From contig JBBRRY010000006.1 of assembly GCA_038245905.1 (NCBI GenBank), positions 32,001 to 96,000 of the forward strand: a DNA stretch of 64,000 nucleotides, written 5' to 3'. Position numbers and translations under genes: made by a program. A model generated the notes under the pieces. The model was not told the DNA's origin and did not search any database. It was given only the letters and a program-made list of their open reading frames with translations. Shown here piece by piece: positions 47,842 to 60,253 of the stretch. The first letter of the stretch is position 1, and every line of letters starts with the position of its first letter. The stretch comes from Thermoanaerobaculia bacterium. GTDB lineage: Bacteria > Acidobacteriota > Thermoanaerobaculia > UBA5066.

Positions 47842-49103
47842 GTCTTCTCCAGTTCCTTCCGGACCGCGTCGAGGCCCGGCGGGATGCGGGTGGGAGGGCC
47901 GACGGAACGCATCGCGCCGCGCGTGTCTTTCAGGCCGTTGCCCGTGACGACGTGGAGGACGCTCTCGCCGCGCGCGACGAGGCCCTTCTCGAGCGCGGCC
48001 TCGAGGCCGGCGAGCGCGGCGACGCCGGTCGGCTCGGCGAAGACGCCCGTCGCGCGGGCGAGCCGGGGAATCCACGCGAGGATCGCCTCGTCGCTCGCGG
48101 TCACGATTGCGCCGCCCGAGGCGCGGACGGCGCGAAGCGCCTTGATCCCGTTTCGTGGCGCGCCCACGTTGATCGAGTCGGCGAGCGTCGAGGCGTCGAT
48201 CGGCTTGATGCGCTCGTCGCCGCGCGCGAACGTCCGCGCGAGCGGCGCGGCGTTTTCGGCCTGCACGGCGAGGATCCGCGGCAGGCGGTCGACGATGCCG
48301 TGCGTCTTCATCTCGACGAGGCCCTTCCAGATCCCTGCCGTCGTACAGCCGTCGCCGAGCGCGACCGTGACGACGTCGGGCATCCGCTCCCGCATCTGTT
48401 CGCCGATCTCGAGGCCGCAGGTCTTCTTGCCCTCGACGAGATAGGGGTTGATCGCACAGTTGCGGTTGTACCAGCCGAACGCCTCGACGGCGGCCTGGCA
48501 GGTGCGGAACGCGTCCTCGTATGGCCCCTCGACGAGGAAGACCTTCGCACCGTAGACGAGGAGCTGCGCGACCTTCGCCTCGGGGGCCGTGGCCGGAACG
48601 AAGATGAACGCCTTCATTCCCGCCTCGGCCGCGAAGCCGGCGAGTGAAGACGCCGCGTTGCCGGTCGACGAGCACGTGATCTCGTTCCGGCCGAGCCACC
48701 GGGCGCGCGTGACGCCCACGGAGCTCGCGCGGTCCTTGAAGGACGCCGTCGGGTTGCGGCCGTCGTCCTTGACGTGGAACGCGCCCAGCCCCAGCTCCTT
48801 CGCGAGGGCCGGCGCTTCGACGACGGGCGTGAAGCCCACGTGAAGGCGCGGAAGGACCGCGTCGTCGGGCAGCGGCAGGAGCGCCCGGTAGCGCCAGAGG
48901 GAGAGATCGCGGTCCGCTTCGAGCGAGCGCCTCGAGAAGCTCTTCCCCACGAGGCCCGCGTCGTACTCGACGTCGAGGATGCCCTCGATTCCGCAGCGCG
49001 GGCACGTGTATTCGACTTCGCCGTGCGCGTAGACGGCCGCGCAGAGGACGCACCGGAGGCCCGTGATCTTCGGCAGCACAGAAGGCAGCGGGATGCGTGT
49101 CAT
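47838..49103 (-). CDS. Threonine synthase-like PLP enzyme
   Basis: N-terminal CxxC...CxxC; NPTASFKDR, SSTGNAASS, NPYLVEGKKT, VFAEP, VTGNGLKD. Confidence 0.85.
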   Translation of the reverse strand: MTRIPLPSVLPKITGLRCVLCAAVYAHGEVEYTCPRCGIEGILDVEYDAGLVGKSFSRRSLEADRDLSLWRYRALLPLPDDAVLPRLHVGFTPVVEAPALAKELGLGAFHVKDDGRNPTASFKDRASSVGVTRARWLGRNEITCSSTGNAASSLAGFAAEAGMKAFIFVPATAPEAKVAQLLVYGAKVFLVEGPYEDAFRTCQAAVEAFGWYNRNCAINPYLVEGKKTCGLEIGEQMRERMPDVVTVALGDGCTTAGIWKGLVEMKTHGIVDRLPRILAVQAENAAPLARTFARGDERIKPIDASTLADSINVGAPRNGIKALRAVRASGGAIVTASDEAILAWIPRLARATGVFAEPTGVAALAGLEAALEKGLVARGESVLHVVTGNGLKDTRGAMRSVGPPTRIPPGLDAVRKELEKT

Positions 49104-49107
49104 GCGG

Positions 49108-51735
49108 TCACCGCTTCAGCGCCCGCGCCGCGGGCGAGTCCTTCATCGGCAGCGTGAAGCGGCGAATGCCGTCGAACGCGTAAAGCGCGCCGGCGACCGC
49201 GGGCGCCGTCGGGACGAGGCCGATCTCGCCCACGCCCTTCGCGCCAAACGGGCCGTCGGGCTGTGGGTCCTCGACGAGGATCACCGTGACTTCGGGCATG
49301 TCCTTCGCGCGCAAGACGCCCGTGTCGCGGATCCGGAACGACGTCGGCATCCCGTCCCGGCAGATCATCTCCTCCGTCAACGCGTAGCCGAGGCCCATGT
49401 GGATCGAGCCCTCGATCTGGCCTTCGCAGAGCTGCGGGTTGATCGCTCGCCCCACGTCGTGCGCCGCAACGAACTTCACGACGCGGCCAGTCTCGTCCAC
49501 GATGGCGACCTGCGTCGCGAAGCTGAAGGCCGGATGGAGCTTCAGGGGCTTTCCGGGTGGCGGCGCCTCGCCGAGATGCACGGTGTCGTCTGAAAGGGTC
49601 TCGCCCACATAGACCGTCCGGGCGAGGCTCGCGAGCGTGCGGCCGGAGTCGAGGTCGGCCCGGAGCTTTTTCGCCGCGTCCACGACGGCGCGCCCGCCGA
49701 GATACGTCGCGCGCGACCCCGTCGTCTGGCCGACCTCCATCGGGAAGCGCGTGTCGACATGCGCTCGAAAAACCGACGGCGGAAGGCCCGTGACCTCGAC
49801 GGCGCACTGGATGAGGACGGTGAGGAGCCCCTGTCCCATCTCGGTGAAACCGTTGTAGAGGGCGACGATCCCGCCGTCCTCGACGACCAGGCGCGCGCGC
49901 CCGTATTCCTTCACGCCGTTGCCGATCCCCGTGTTCTTGATCCCGCATGCGATTCCGGCCCGGCCGCGGTTCTTCTCCCAGACGTCCTTGACGGCGAGGA
50001 GCGTCTTCTTGAGGCCGACCGACGCGTCCAGCTTCTGACCGCACGACCACGTGTCGCCCGCCTCGAGCGCATTCCGCCAGCGGATCTCCCAGCCGTCGAG
50101 GCCCGCCTTCTCGGCGAGCATGTCGAGCGCGCCCTCGATCGCGAAGTGAGCCTGATTCGCGCCGAAGCCGCGCATCGCCCCGCAGGGCGGGTTATTCGTG
50201 TAGACCGCGAGCGCCTCGACGTCGATGTTCTCGCACCGGTACGGCCCCGCCGAATGCCCGGCCGCGCGCTCGAGGACCTTGCCTCCGACCGACGCGTACG
50301 CGCCCGAGTCGCCGATCATCCTTGCCTTCACGGCCGTCAGATGTCCCTCGGCGTCGCAGCCGACTCTGTAACGCATCGTGATCGGATGCCGCTTCGGGTG
50401 GAGGCGCATGGACTCCTCGCGCGAGAGGACGAGTCGCACGGGTTTCCCCGTGACGCGCGCGAGGAGCGCCGTCTGGGACTGGACCGACATGTCCTCCTTG
50501 CCTCCGAAGGCGCCGCCGTTCGGGACGAGGACGACGTGGACTTCCTCCACGTCGAGCCCGAGAAACGAGGCCACCTGCCTCCGGTCGTCGAAGATGCCCT
50601 GCCCCTGCGTGAAGAGCGTCAGCTTCGCCTTCGGGTTCTGGGCCGCGACGTCGCCGGGCGCGGCGAGACAGGCCTCGGGCTCGAGGTAGAGGTGCTCGAT
50701 GCGCTGCGTCCGCCACGTGCCCTCGACGACGTGCGCCGATGCGGCGAGCGCCGCGTCCGCATCGCCGAGCCGGACGACGGAGCGCGAGAGGAGGTTCCCG
50801 TTCGGACCCACACGCGGCGCGCCCTCGCGGAGAGCCTCTTCCGGGTCCGTGACGGGCGTCAGGATCTCGTACGTGACCTTCACGAGCGCCGCCGCGGCGC
50901 GGGCCGTGCGCGCGTCCACTGCGGCGACGGCCGCGAGGACGTCACCCACGTAGTGCGTCTCCTCGCCCTCGGCGACGAATCCCGGCCAGTCCGGGACGAT
51001 GAGGCCGTAGAAGCGCTTCCCGGGCACGTCGCGCGCCGTCACGACGGCCATGACCCCGGGGTGCTGCGCCGCGACCGAAGTGTCGATCGACGTCACGCGG
51101 GCGCGCGCGTGCGCCGAAAGAGTTACGGCGCCGTGGAGCATCCCGGGAAACGCGAGGTCGGCGACGTACGGACGCATCCCGAGCGCGAGCTCCGCCGCCT
51201 CGTAACGCGCGAGGCTCGTCCCGACGCGCCCGGTCTCGTCGGCGGGCGGAAGCGTCTCGCCCCGGCGCAGGCGGGCCGCCGCGTGGAACGCGTCTACGAT
51301 CTTGACGTAGCCCGTGCACCGGCAGAGGTGCGGGTCGAGTTTCTTCGCGATCTCGTCGTCCGAAGGGTCTGGGTTCGCGTCGAGGACGCTCTTCATCCGG
51401 AGCGCGATGCCCGGAATGCAGAAGCCGCACTGGACGCCCGCCGTCCGCGCGAACGCTTCGCCGTAGATGTGGCGCTCCGCCTCGGACACTCCCTCGAGCG
51501 TGAGGACGGTTTTTCCCGCCACGGTCCGCGCCGGCACCGCGCATGCCGTCTTCGGGTGCCCGTCCACGAGGACGAGACACGCGCCGCACTGCCCTTGCGG
51601 AGAGCACCCGTCCTTCGGCGAAGTGAGGCCCGCGTGGTCGCGGATTAGCTCGAGGAGCGAGGCGTCGTCCGGGACGTCGAAGGACCGGGCAGAACTGTTG
51701 AGCGTGAGCGTGACGTGCACGGCCCGATTATCCAC
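49108..51735 (-). CDS. Xanthine dehydrogenase-family molybdenum hydroxylase (2Fe-2S + Mo domain; selenium-dependent XDH type)
   Basis: GC..QGQCGAC, QCGFC, CRCTGY, GGAFGGKED, AMRGFG, TTGSR, AKGVGEIG. Confidence 0.88.
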   Translation of the reverse strand: MDNRAVHVTLTLNSSARSFDVPDDASLLELIRDHAGLTSPKDGCSPQGQCGACLVLVDGHPKTACAVPARTVAGKTVLTLEGVSEAERHIYGEAFARTAGVQCGFCIPGIALRMKSVLDANPDPSDDEIAKKLDPHLCRCTGYVKIVDAFHAAARLRRGETLPPADETGRVGTSLARYEAAELALGMRPYVADLAFPGMLHGAVTLSAHARARVTSIDTSVAAQHPGVMAVVTARDVPGKRFYGLIVPDWPGFVAEGEETHYVGDVLAAVAAVDARTARAAAALVKVTYEILTPVTDPEEALREGAPRVGPNGNLLSRSVVRLGDADAALAASAHVVEGTWRTQRIEHLYLEPEACLAAPGDVAAQNPKAKLTLFTQGQGIFDDRRQVASFLGLDVEEVHVVLVPNGGAFGGKEDMSVQSQTALLARVTGKPVRLVLSREESMRLHPKRHPITMRYRVGCDAEGHLTAVKARMIGDSGAYASVGGKVLERAAGHSAGPYRCENIDVEALAVYTNNPPCGAMRGFGANQAHFAIEGALDMLAEKAGLDGWEIRWRNALEAGDTWSCGQKLDASVGLKKTLLAVKDVWEKNRGRAGIACGIKNTGIGNGVKEYGRARLVVEDGGIVALYNGFTEMGQGLLTVLIQCAVEVTGLPPSVFRAHVDTRFPMEVGQTTGSRATYLGGRAVVDAAKKLRADLDSGRTLASLARTVYVGETLSDDTVHLGEAPPPGKPLKLHPAFSFATQVAIVDETGRVVKFVAAHDVGRAINPQLCEGQIEGSIHMGLGYALTEEMICRDGMPTSFRIRDTGVLRAKDMPEVTVILVEDPQPDGPFGAKGVGEIGLVPTAPAVAGALYAFDGIRRFTLPMKDSPAARALKR

Positions 51736-51757
51736 GGCGGCGTGCTATGACTTCCGG

Positions 51758-52942
51758 ATGAATCCCTGGCGCGGCCTCGCCGGCCTCCCGCGCGCGCTCT
51801 GGGTCCTCGCGGCGGCGACGCTCGTGAACCGGTCGGGCACGATGTTCCTGCCGTTCCTGATCCTCTACCTCACGAAGGATATGGGCATCACGCCGTCGGC
51901 CGCGGGAGGCGTCCTCGCGCTCTTCGGGTTTGGCGCGCTCGTCGCGGGCCCGTTCGCAGGGCGGCTCTCCGACCTCCTCGGCCCGGTCCGTATGATGCGC
52001 GGCTCCCTCGTCGTCTCGGGTTTCCTTCTCCTCCTCGTGCCGTTCGCGCGCTCGCTCCCGTCGATCGCGGTCCTTGCGCTCCTCCTCGCCCTCGCGGGCG
52101 AAGCCTTCCGGCCCGCGAGCCTGAGTGTGATCTCGCACCTCGCGGCACCCGACCAGCGGAAGGCCGCCTTCGCGCTCCAACGGCTCGCGATAAACCTCGG
52201 CATGAGCGTCGGCCCGGCCGTCGGCGGCTTTCTCGCGGCCGTCTCGTGGCCCTCGCTCTTCGTCGTGGACGGCGCGACCTCGCTTCTCGCCGCCGTGACC
52301 CTCGTCCTTCTCTTCCCGAAGGACGTCTCGTTCCCGTCCGCTCGATCCGCCGGTGCCACGGCCTCACGGCGCGAAGGATTGCGCGACGGGGCGCTCGTCT
52401 TTTTCCTCATCGCCCTCGTCCCCGTCGCAATCGTGTTCTTCCAGCACGAGTCGTCGATGTCGGTCTACCTCGTGCGCGACCTCGGGATGGCCGTCTGGAC
52501 GTTCGGCCTCCTCCACACGGTCAATACGCTCCTGATCGTTTTTCTCGAGGTGCCGCTGAACCTCGCCATGGCGCACTGGTCACACCGGCGCGCCCTCGTC
52601 CTCGGCTCCGTCCTCGTCGCGGCCGGCTTCGGGGCGCTTGCCTTTGCCCGTTCGCTGCCCGCGGTCGTCTTGACGATCGTCGTCTGGACGTTTGGCGAGA
52701 TGGTCCTCCTGCCGGCGATGTCGGCCTGGGTCGCCGACGCCGCGCCACCAGAGAGCCGAGGCGCCTACATGGGTCTCTACACAATGGCGTTCAGCGCCGC
52801 GCTCGTCGTGGGATCGCCGCTCGGAACCGCGCTCCTCGAGCACGGCGGCGGGCGCACCCTGTGGCTCACGATGCTCGCGCTCGGGCTCCTGTCCGCCACG
52901 CTCTTCACGCGCGTGAAGGAGCCCCGACCGGAGGCCGCATGA
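51758..52942 (+). CDS. MFS transporter
   Basis: AGRLSDLLG motif A, about 12 TMs, RGAYMG. Confidence 0.9.
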   Translation: MNPWRGLAGLPRALWVLAAATLVNRSGTMFLPFLILYLTKDMGITPSAAGGVLALFGFGALVAGPFAGRLSDLLGPVRMMRGSLVVSGFLLLLVPFARSLPSIAVLALLLALAGEAFRPASLSVISHLAAPDQRKAAFALQRLAINLGMSVGPAVGGFLAAVSWPSLFVVDGATSLLAAVTLVLLFPKDVSFPSARSAGATASRREGLRDGALVFFLIALVPVAIVFFQHESSMSVYLVRDLGMAVWTFGLLHTVNTLLIVFLEVPLNLAMAHWSHRRALVLGSVLVAAGFGALAFARSLPAVVLTIVVWTFGEMVLLPAMSAWVADAAPPESRGAYMGLYTMAFSAALVVGSPLGTALLEHGGGRTLWLTMLALGLLSATLFTRVKEPRPEAA

Positions 52943-53823
52943 CGGAAACGTGGACGCACCGCGAGGGCCGCGTGAACGGGATCTGGCTCCACTGGGTCGA
53001 GGAGGGCGAGGGACCGCTCGTCGTCCTCCTCCACGGCTTCCCCGAGTTCTGGTACGCGTGGCGCCACCAGATCCCCGCGCTCGCCGCCGCGGGCTTCCGC
53101 GTCGTCGCGCCGGACCTGCGCGGGTATAACCTCTCGGACAAGCCCGCGGGTGTCCGCGCATACCGCATCGAGGCCCTCCTCGCAGACCTCGCGGGCCTGA
53201 TCGAGACCCTTGGCGCCGAGCAGGGCGCGACGCACGCGCATGTCGTCGGGCACGACTGGGGAGGCGCCTTCGCGTGGTATGCGCCGCTCTTTTTTCCGGA
53301 GCGGCTCCTCTCGCTCACCCTCCTCAACGCGCCGCACCCGCTCGCCTTCAAGCGCGAGCTGAGGTCCAGAGCGGCGCAACGGAAGAAATCCTCCTACATC
53401 TTCTTCTTCCAGCTCCCGTGGCTCCCGGAACGGCGGATCCGCGCCGGAAACTTCGCGATCCTCGAGAAGATGCTCCGGCGCGACCCCGAGACGCCGGGCG
53501 CGTTCACGGACGAGGACATCCGCCTCTTCAAGGAGGCTCTCGCGCGGCCGGGCGCGCTCACGGCCGCCGTGAACTACTACCGCGCGGCATTGCGTTTTCC
53601 TCCGCGGGTTCGCGACCGCGCGTGGCCGGCGGACTTGAAGACGCTGCTCATCTGGGGCGAGCGCGACCGCTATCTCGGCCCGGGACTTCTCGAAGGCTTG
53701 GACCGCTGGGTACCGAATCTCACGATCGAACGCATTCCCGAAGCGAGCCACTGGGTGCAGGCCGACGCGCCCGCGCGGGTCAACGAGCTCCTGATCTGCT
53801 TCCTGACGGGCGTCACGCCCTGA
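52939..53823 (+). CDS. Alpha/beta hydrolase (epoxide hydrolase family)
   Basis: LLHGFPE, APDLRGYN, GHDWGG, NYYRA, SHWVQ. Confidence 0.9.
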   Translation: MTETWTHREGRVNGIWLHWVEEGEGPLVVLLHGFPEFWYAWRHQIPALAAAGFRVVAPDLRGYNLSDKPAGVRAYRIEALLADLAGLIETLGAEQGATHAHVVGHDWGGAFAWYAPLFFPERLLSLTLLNAPHPLAFKRELRSRAAQRKKSSYIFFFQLPWLPERRIRAGNFAILEKMLRRDPETPGAFTDEDIRLFKEALARPGALTAAVNYYRAALRFPPRVRDRAWPADLKTLLIWGERDRYLGPGLLEGLDRWVPNLTIERIPEASHWVQADAPARVNELLICFLTGVTP

Positions 53824-55282
53824 CGAAGTCGATGAAACCCTTCTCGACGTTCGTCGCGACGAGCTTCACGCTCACCTTGTCCCCGACCTCGAGGCCTTCG
53901 CTGCCGCGCACGATCTTGCCTTCGACAGGCGGCCGGAAAACGCGCGCCCACGTGCCCTTCTCCGACGCGCCCGTCACGACACCGTCGAAGCGTTCCCCGA
54001 TCCGCGTCTCGAGAAGGAGCGCGCCCGCTGCCTTCCTGAGGAGACGCTCGACCTTGTTCGCGGCGTCTTCCTGTTCGGTGCAGCGAACGGCGAGGGCGCT
54101 CAGCTCGTCGACGGAATAGGGCGACGGGCGCCGCGCGAGAGCCGCCTTGAGAAGACGCTGCGTGATGACGTCCGGGTAACGCCGGTTCGGCGCGGTCGAA
54201 TGCGTGTAGTCGCGAACCGCAAGCCCGAAGTGGCCGACCGGCTCCTTGCCCGGCAGCTCGACGACGTACTCCCCCGCTCCCATGAGCTTCACGATGACGA
54301 GGGAGAGATCCGGGAAACGCAGTGGATCGGCCTTCTTCCTCGCCGCGAGGAACACTTCCAGCGCCTTCGAATCCGGCTCGTCGGGAAGCGAGAACCCGTG
54401 CTCGGCGGCGACAGACACGATGCGCTGCCACCTCTCGGGCGAGCGCACGATGCGCCGGAGCGCGGCGAAGCCCGCCTTTTCGAGAAAGCGCGCCGTCACC
54501 CCGTTCGCCGCGATCATGAAGTCCTCGATGAGCTCCTTCGGCTGATTCTGCTCGTCGACGGTCAGGTCCTTGATCTCCTCGCCCTCGAAGACAGCCCGGG
54601 CCTCGATCGTCTGGAGGTCCAGCGCGCCCTGCGCATACCGCAGGCCGCGGAGGCGCTGGGAGACTTCCTCCTGGAGGCGCATCTGCGCGTCGATTCCCGG
54701 GACCGCCGCCATCGCCGGAGGCATCGGGCCCTTCCCGTCGCGCCATGCGTCAACGGAGTTGTACGCGAGCTTCGCCTTGTTGCGCACGAGGGCGCGGAAC
54801 ACGTTCGAGTCCCCGAGCGTCCCGTCCGCGTTCACGACGTACTCGATCACGACCGAGAGGCGGTCCACGTCCTGATTCAGCGACGTGAGATCGGTCGAGA
54901 GCTTCTCGGGCAGCATCGGGAAGATGCCTCCGGCCGTATAGACCGAAGTCGTGTTCTGCGCGGCTCGCGCGTCGAGGGGCGTGCCCTTTCGCACGAGAGC
55001 GTCCACGTCCGCGATCGCGATCTGGACGTTCACGGCCCCGCCGGGCCGTTCCTCCGCGACGGAAAGCTGGTCGAGGTCCCGGCTGTCGTCGTTGTCGATC
55101 GAGGCCCACGCGAGGTCGCGCAGGTCGCGGATCGTGGGATCGTTCTCGTGCGCGGGCTCGTGTATGGCGTCGAGCTGCACGAGCGCGGCCGGCGGGAAGT
55201 CGGGGTTCAGCCCTTTCTCCTGCATGGCGCGGCGCGCGATCACGGCGAGGTCAGAGCGGTGGTGGCGGCCTCTGGGCGTCAT
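53813..55282 (-). CDS. RNB-domain exoribonuclease (RNase II family)
   Basis: SIDNDDSRDLDQ, LIEDFMIAAN, HFGL..Y.HSTAPNRRYPD. Confidence 0.9.
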   Translation of the reverse strand: MTPRGRHHRSDLAVIARRAMQEKGLNPDFPPAALVQLDAIHEPAHENDPTIRDLRDLAWASIDNDDSRDLDQLSVAEERPGGAVNVQIAIADVDALVRKGTPLDARAAQNTTSVYTAGGIFPMLPEKLSTDLTSLNQDVDRLSVVIEYVVNADGTLGDSNVFRALVRNKAKLAYNSVDAWRDGKGPMPPAMAAVPGIDAQMRLQEEVSQRLRGLRYAQGALDLQTIEARAVFEGEEIKDLTVDEQNQPKELIEDFMIAANGVTARFLEKAGFAALRRIVRSPERWQRIVSVAAEHGFSLPDEPDSKALEVFLAARKKADPLRFPDLSLVIVKLMGAGEYVVELPGKEPVGHFGLAVRDYTHSTAPNRRYPDVITQRLLKAALARRPSPYSVDELSALAVRCTEQEDAANKVERLLRKAAGALLLETRIGERFDGVVTGASEKGTWARVFRPPVEGKIVRGSEGLEVGDKVSVKLVATNVEKGFIDFVRA

Positions 55283-55369
55283 GCCGCAATATTGACACGG
55301 AGCACGGCACGAGCCGTGCTCACGAGCCAACGCCCGGGCTCATGTGCCCTCCGGGGAGGATTTCTTCGA

Positions 55370-56110
55370 ATGAAGGTTCATCGGGACGACCGCCCAGGCG
55401 AGAACGCGACTAGGCGCACCCTGCCGTCTCCCGCAATTCTCTTCACCTTCAAAGAAGTCTCTCTTCGCACCCTTCTTTCCTGTGCCGTGGCGCTCGGCGC
55501 ACGGGCCGCCCCGGCTGCGGACGTCTTTCCCGCGTTCGTCCCTGTGAAGCAGGCCCTCAAGGCCGAGAAGTGGGACGCTGCGATCGAGGCTGGCAAGAGA
55601 GTCGTCGAGAAGCTGCCCGCGAGCTCCGCAGCGCACCGCTTCCTCGGCCAGGCCTACGGACAGAAGGCGATCCATGCGTCACTCTTCTCACAGATCGGCC
55701 TTGCGAAGAAGTGCCGGGCCGAGTTCGAGAGGGCCATAGCGCTCGACCCCGGAGACCCCGAAGCTCGCGTCGACCTCGTCACGTACTACGCGAACGCGCC
55801 CGGTTTTCTCGGCGGCGGCCTGGATAAAGCCCGCGAGCAGGTCGATATCCTGAACGGCCTCGATGCCGCGCGCGGCGCGCTCATGAACGGCTACGTCCTC
55901 GCGAAGGAAAAGAAGACGGTCGAGGCGGAAGCCGAGTACCGGCGTGCCGTGGCCTTGAGCCCGGACGACGCGGGGTTCCGCGTGCGCTTCGGCCATTTCC
56001 TCGAGCGCACCGGCAGGAAGGACGAAGCGAAAGACTCCTACCGCGAGGCGCTGCGCCTCGACCCCGCCCTCGAGGGCGCGAAGAGGGACCTCGAGCGGCT
56101 CGGGGGCTAA
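55370..56110 (+). CDS. TPR-repeat protein, probably exported
   Basis: TPR-like helices, APGFLGGG motif; start codon uncertain. Confidence 0.7.
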   Translation: MKVHRDDRPGENATRRTLPSPAILFTFKEVSLRTLLSCAVALGARAAPAADVFPAFVPVKQALKAEKWDAAIEAGKRVVEKLPASSAAHRFLGQAYGQKAIHASLFSQIGLAKKCRAEFERAIALDPGDPEARVDLVTYYANAPGFLGGGLDKAREQVDILNGLDAARGALMNGYVLAKEKKTVEAEAEYRRAVALSPDDAGFRVRFGHFLERTGRKDEAKDSYREALRLDPALEGAKRDLERLGG

Positions 56111-56154
56111 AGGCATTCGCGTCGGGAGGTAGGGGAAGCCGGTAGAATGCACGT

Positions 56155-56361
56155 GTGAAGCCAATGGTCAGTCACGACAGGGCGCTGGAATCCGACGAGG
56201 CGAAGGCCCGTTGGTTCCAGTCATTGCCGGTGGAAGACCGGATGAACCTTCTCGTCGAGTTCACGGAGCTCGCTCTTCAGAACCGGCCCGACCTCGCAGA
56301 GGAAACACCTGCTCAACCGCCTTCAGAACGTATTCGCGTCCTTCGCCTCCCACGACGTTAA
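56155..56361 (+). CDS. Small protein paired with the nucleotidyltransferase
   Basis: 68 aa (AKARWFQSL..EDRM), overlaps the downstream NTase gene. Confidence 0.6.
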   Translation: MKPMVSHDRALESDEAKARWFQSLPVEDRMNLLVEFTELALQNRPDLAEETPAQPPSERIRVLRLPRR

Positions 56362-56761
56362 GTACGTCGTCATCGGGGGAATCGCCGCCGTTCTCCACGG
56401 CGTAGCGCGCGCGACGTTCGATCTCGACATCCTCATCGAGGCGACGGCCGAAAACGCTGGCCGACTGCTGGCCGCGCTGGAAAACGCAGGGCTCGGCACG
56501 GCCTCACTGACGAATATCGACGACCTGCTCGCGCACGAGATCACAGTCTTCAGCGATCGCGTCCGGATCGACGTCCAGACGCGAACCCCGGGCCTCACGT
56601 TTGCCAACGCGTGGTCACACCGGGAAACGATGAAATACCAGGGACAGGAGTTCTTCGTCGTGAGTCGCGTGGACCTCATCGCGTCGAAACGCGCGTCGGG
56701 CAGACCACGCGATCTGGAAGACGTCCGCGTGCTCGAGCAGACGGGGCCGCCAAGCCCCTGA
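56309..56761 (+). CDS. Minimal nucleotidyltransferase (DUF6036/AbiEii-like), apparent CTG start
   Basis: Manual translation: LNRLQNVF...YVVIGGIAAVLHGVARATFDLDILI...DLIASKRASGRPRDLEDV; absent from the ORF track. Confidence 0.8.
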   Translation: MLNRLQNVFASFASHDVKYVVIGGIAAVLHGVARATFDLDILIEATAENAGRLLAALENAGLGTASLTNIDDLLAHEITVFSDRVRIDVQTRTPGLTFANAWSHRETMKYQGQEFFVVSRVDLIASKRASGRPRDLEDVRVLEQTGPPSP

Positions 56762-56799
56762 ACCGATGACGGGCGGCCGCCCCGCGGTCGGGGCCGAAG

Positions 56800-59553
<2,754 letters not shown>

Positions 59554-59686
59554 GCGGGCACACCCCCCAATCGTGGATACCGGACGATAGCCCTCTCTTC
59601 CGGCCCGTGGCGAGGGTTCCGGTTGACCCTTGTAAAAAAGCGGGCGTAGCATATAGGGGGTCTGGCCTTGTAGACCAAGAGGAGTC

Positions 59687-60253
59687 ATGTCCCGGAACTT
59701 CGACGAGATTCAATCCGACGACGAGCGGCAGAGGCAGCGTTCCCGGTTCGCGCCGGCCCCGCTGCCCGTCCCGGCTCGACCGGTCTGGAACTGGGAAGAG
59801 CTCAATGCGAAGTTCCGCCCGCGTCTCATCGCGGCCGGCGTCATCCGTTTCGGCCTCAGCCAGGACGAGTGCGAGGACGCCGCGCAGAACGTCTTCTTGA
59901 AGGTGCTCGCGATGAACCCGCGTGTGCGCGACCCCAAGGCCTATCTCAGGGCCGCCTTCCTGAATCAGTGCTCGAACCTCATCGAGGCGCGTGAACGCCG
60001 CCGGGGACGCGAGTTCGAGATGACCGATCAGCTCGCCGCGACGCTCGCCGATCCCGCGGCCGCGCGAGTGCAGACGGTCTCGGCGGTGACGAGCGCGTTC
60101 CGTCAGGTCGACCCGAAGTGCCGCGAAGTCATCAAGTCGTACTGCGTCGAAGACATGACGCTGGCCGAGACCGCCAACCGCAGCGGCTACTCGCCGAAAA
60201 CCGTCTGGAAGCGCATCCAGGAGTGCCTGAAACGGATGCGCGCATGCCTCTAG
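59687..60253 (+). CDS. ECF-type sigma factor
   Basis: RBS GAGGAG; region 2 ([23 protein letters not shown]) and region 4 (TLAETA...[15 protein letters not shown]). Confidence 0.8.
   Translation: MSRNFDEIQSDDERQRQRSRFAPAPLPVPARPVWNWEELNAKFRPRLIAAGVIRFGLSQDECEDAAQNVFLKVLAMNPRVRDPKAYLRAAFLNQCSNLIEARERRRGREFEMTDQLAATLADPAAARVQTVSAVTSAFRQVDPKCREVIKSYCVEDMTLAETANRSGYSPKTVWKRIQECLKRMRACL

Noticed and set aside
43285-49053. 984-aa and 855-aa extended ORFs
   Set aside because: The extensions are Arg/Gly-rich shadows over ssnA and the thrC-like gene; real starts are 45282 and 47841
40599-51735. Selenocysteine readthrough in the selenium-associated cluster
   Set aside because: All genes appear intact with overlapping stop/start junctions; no in-frame TGA is needed
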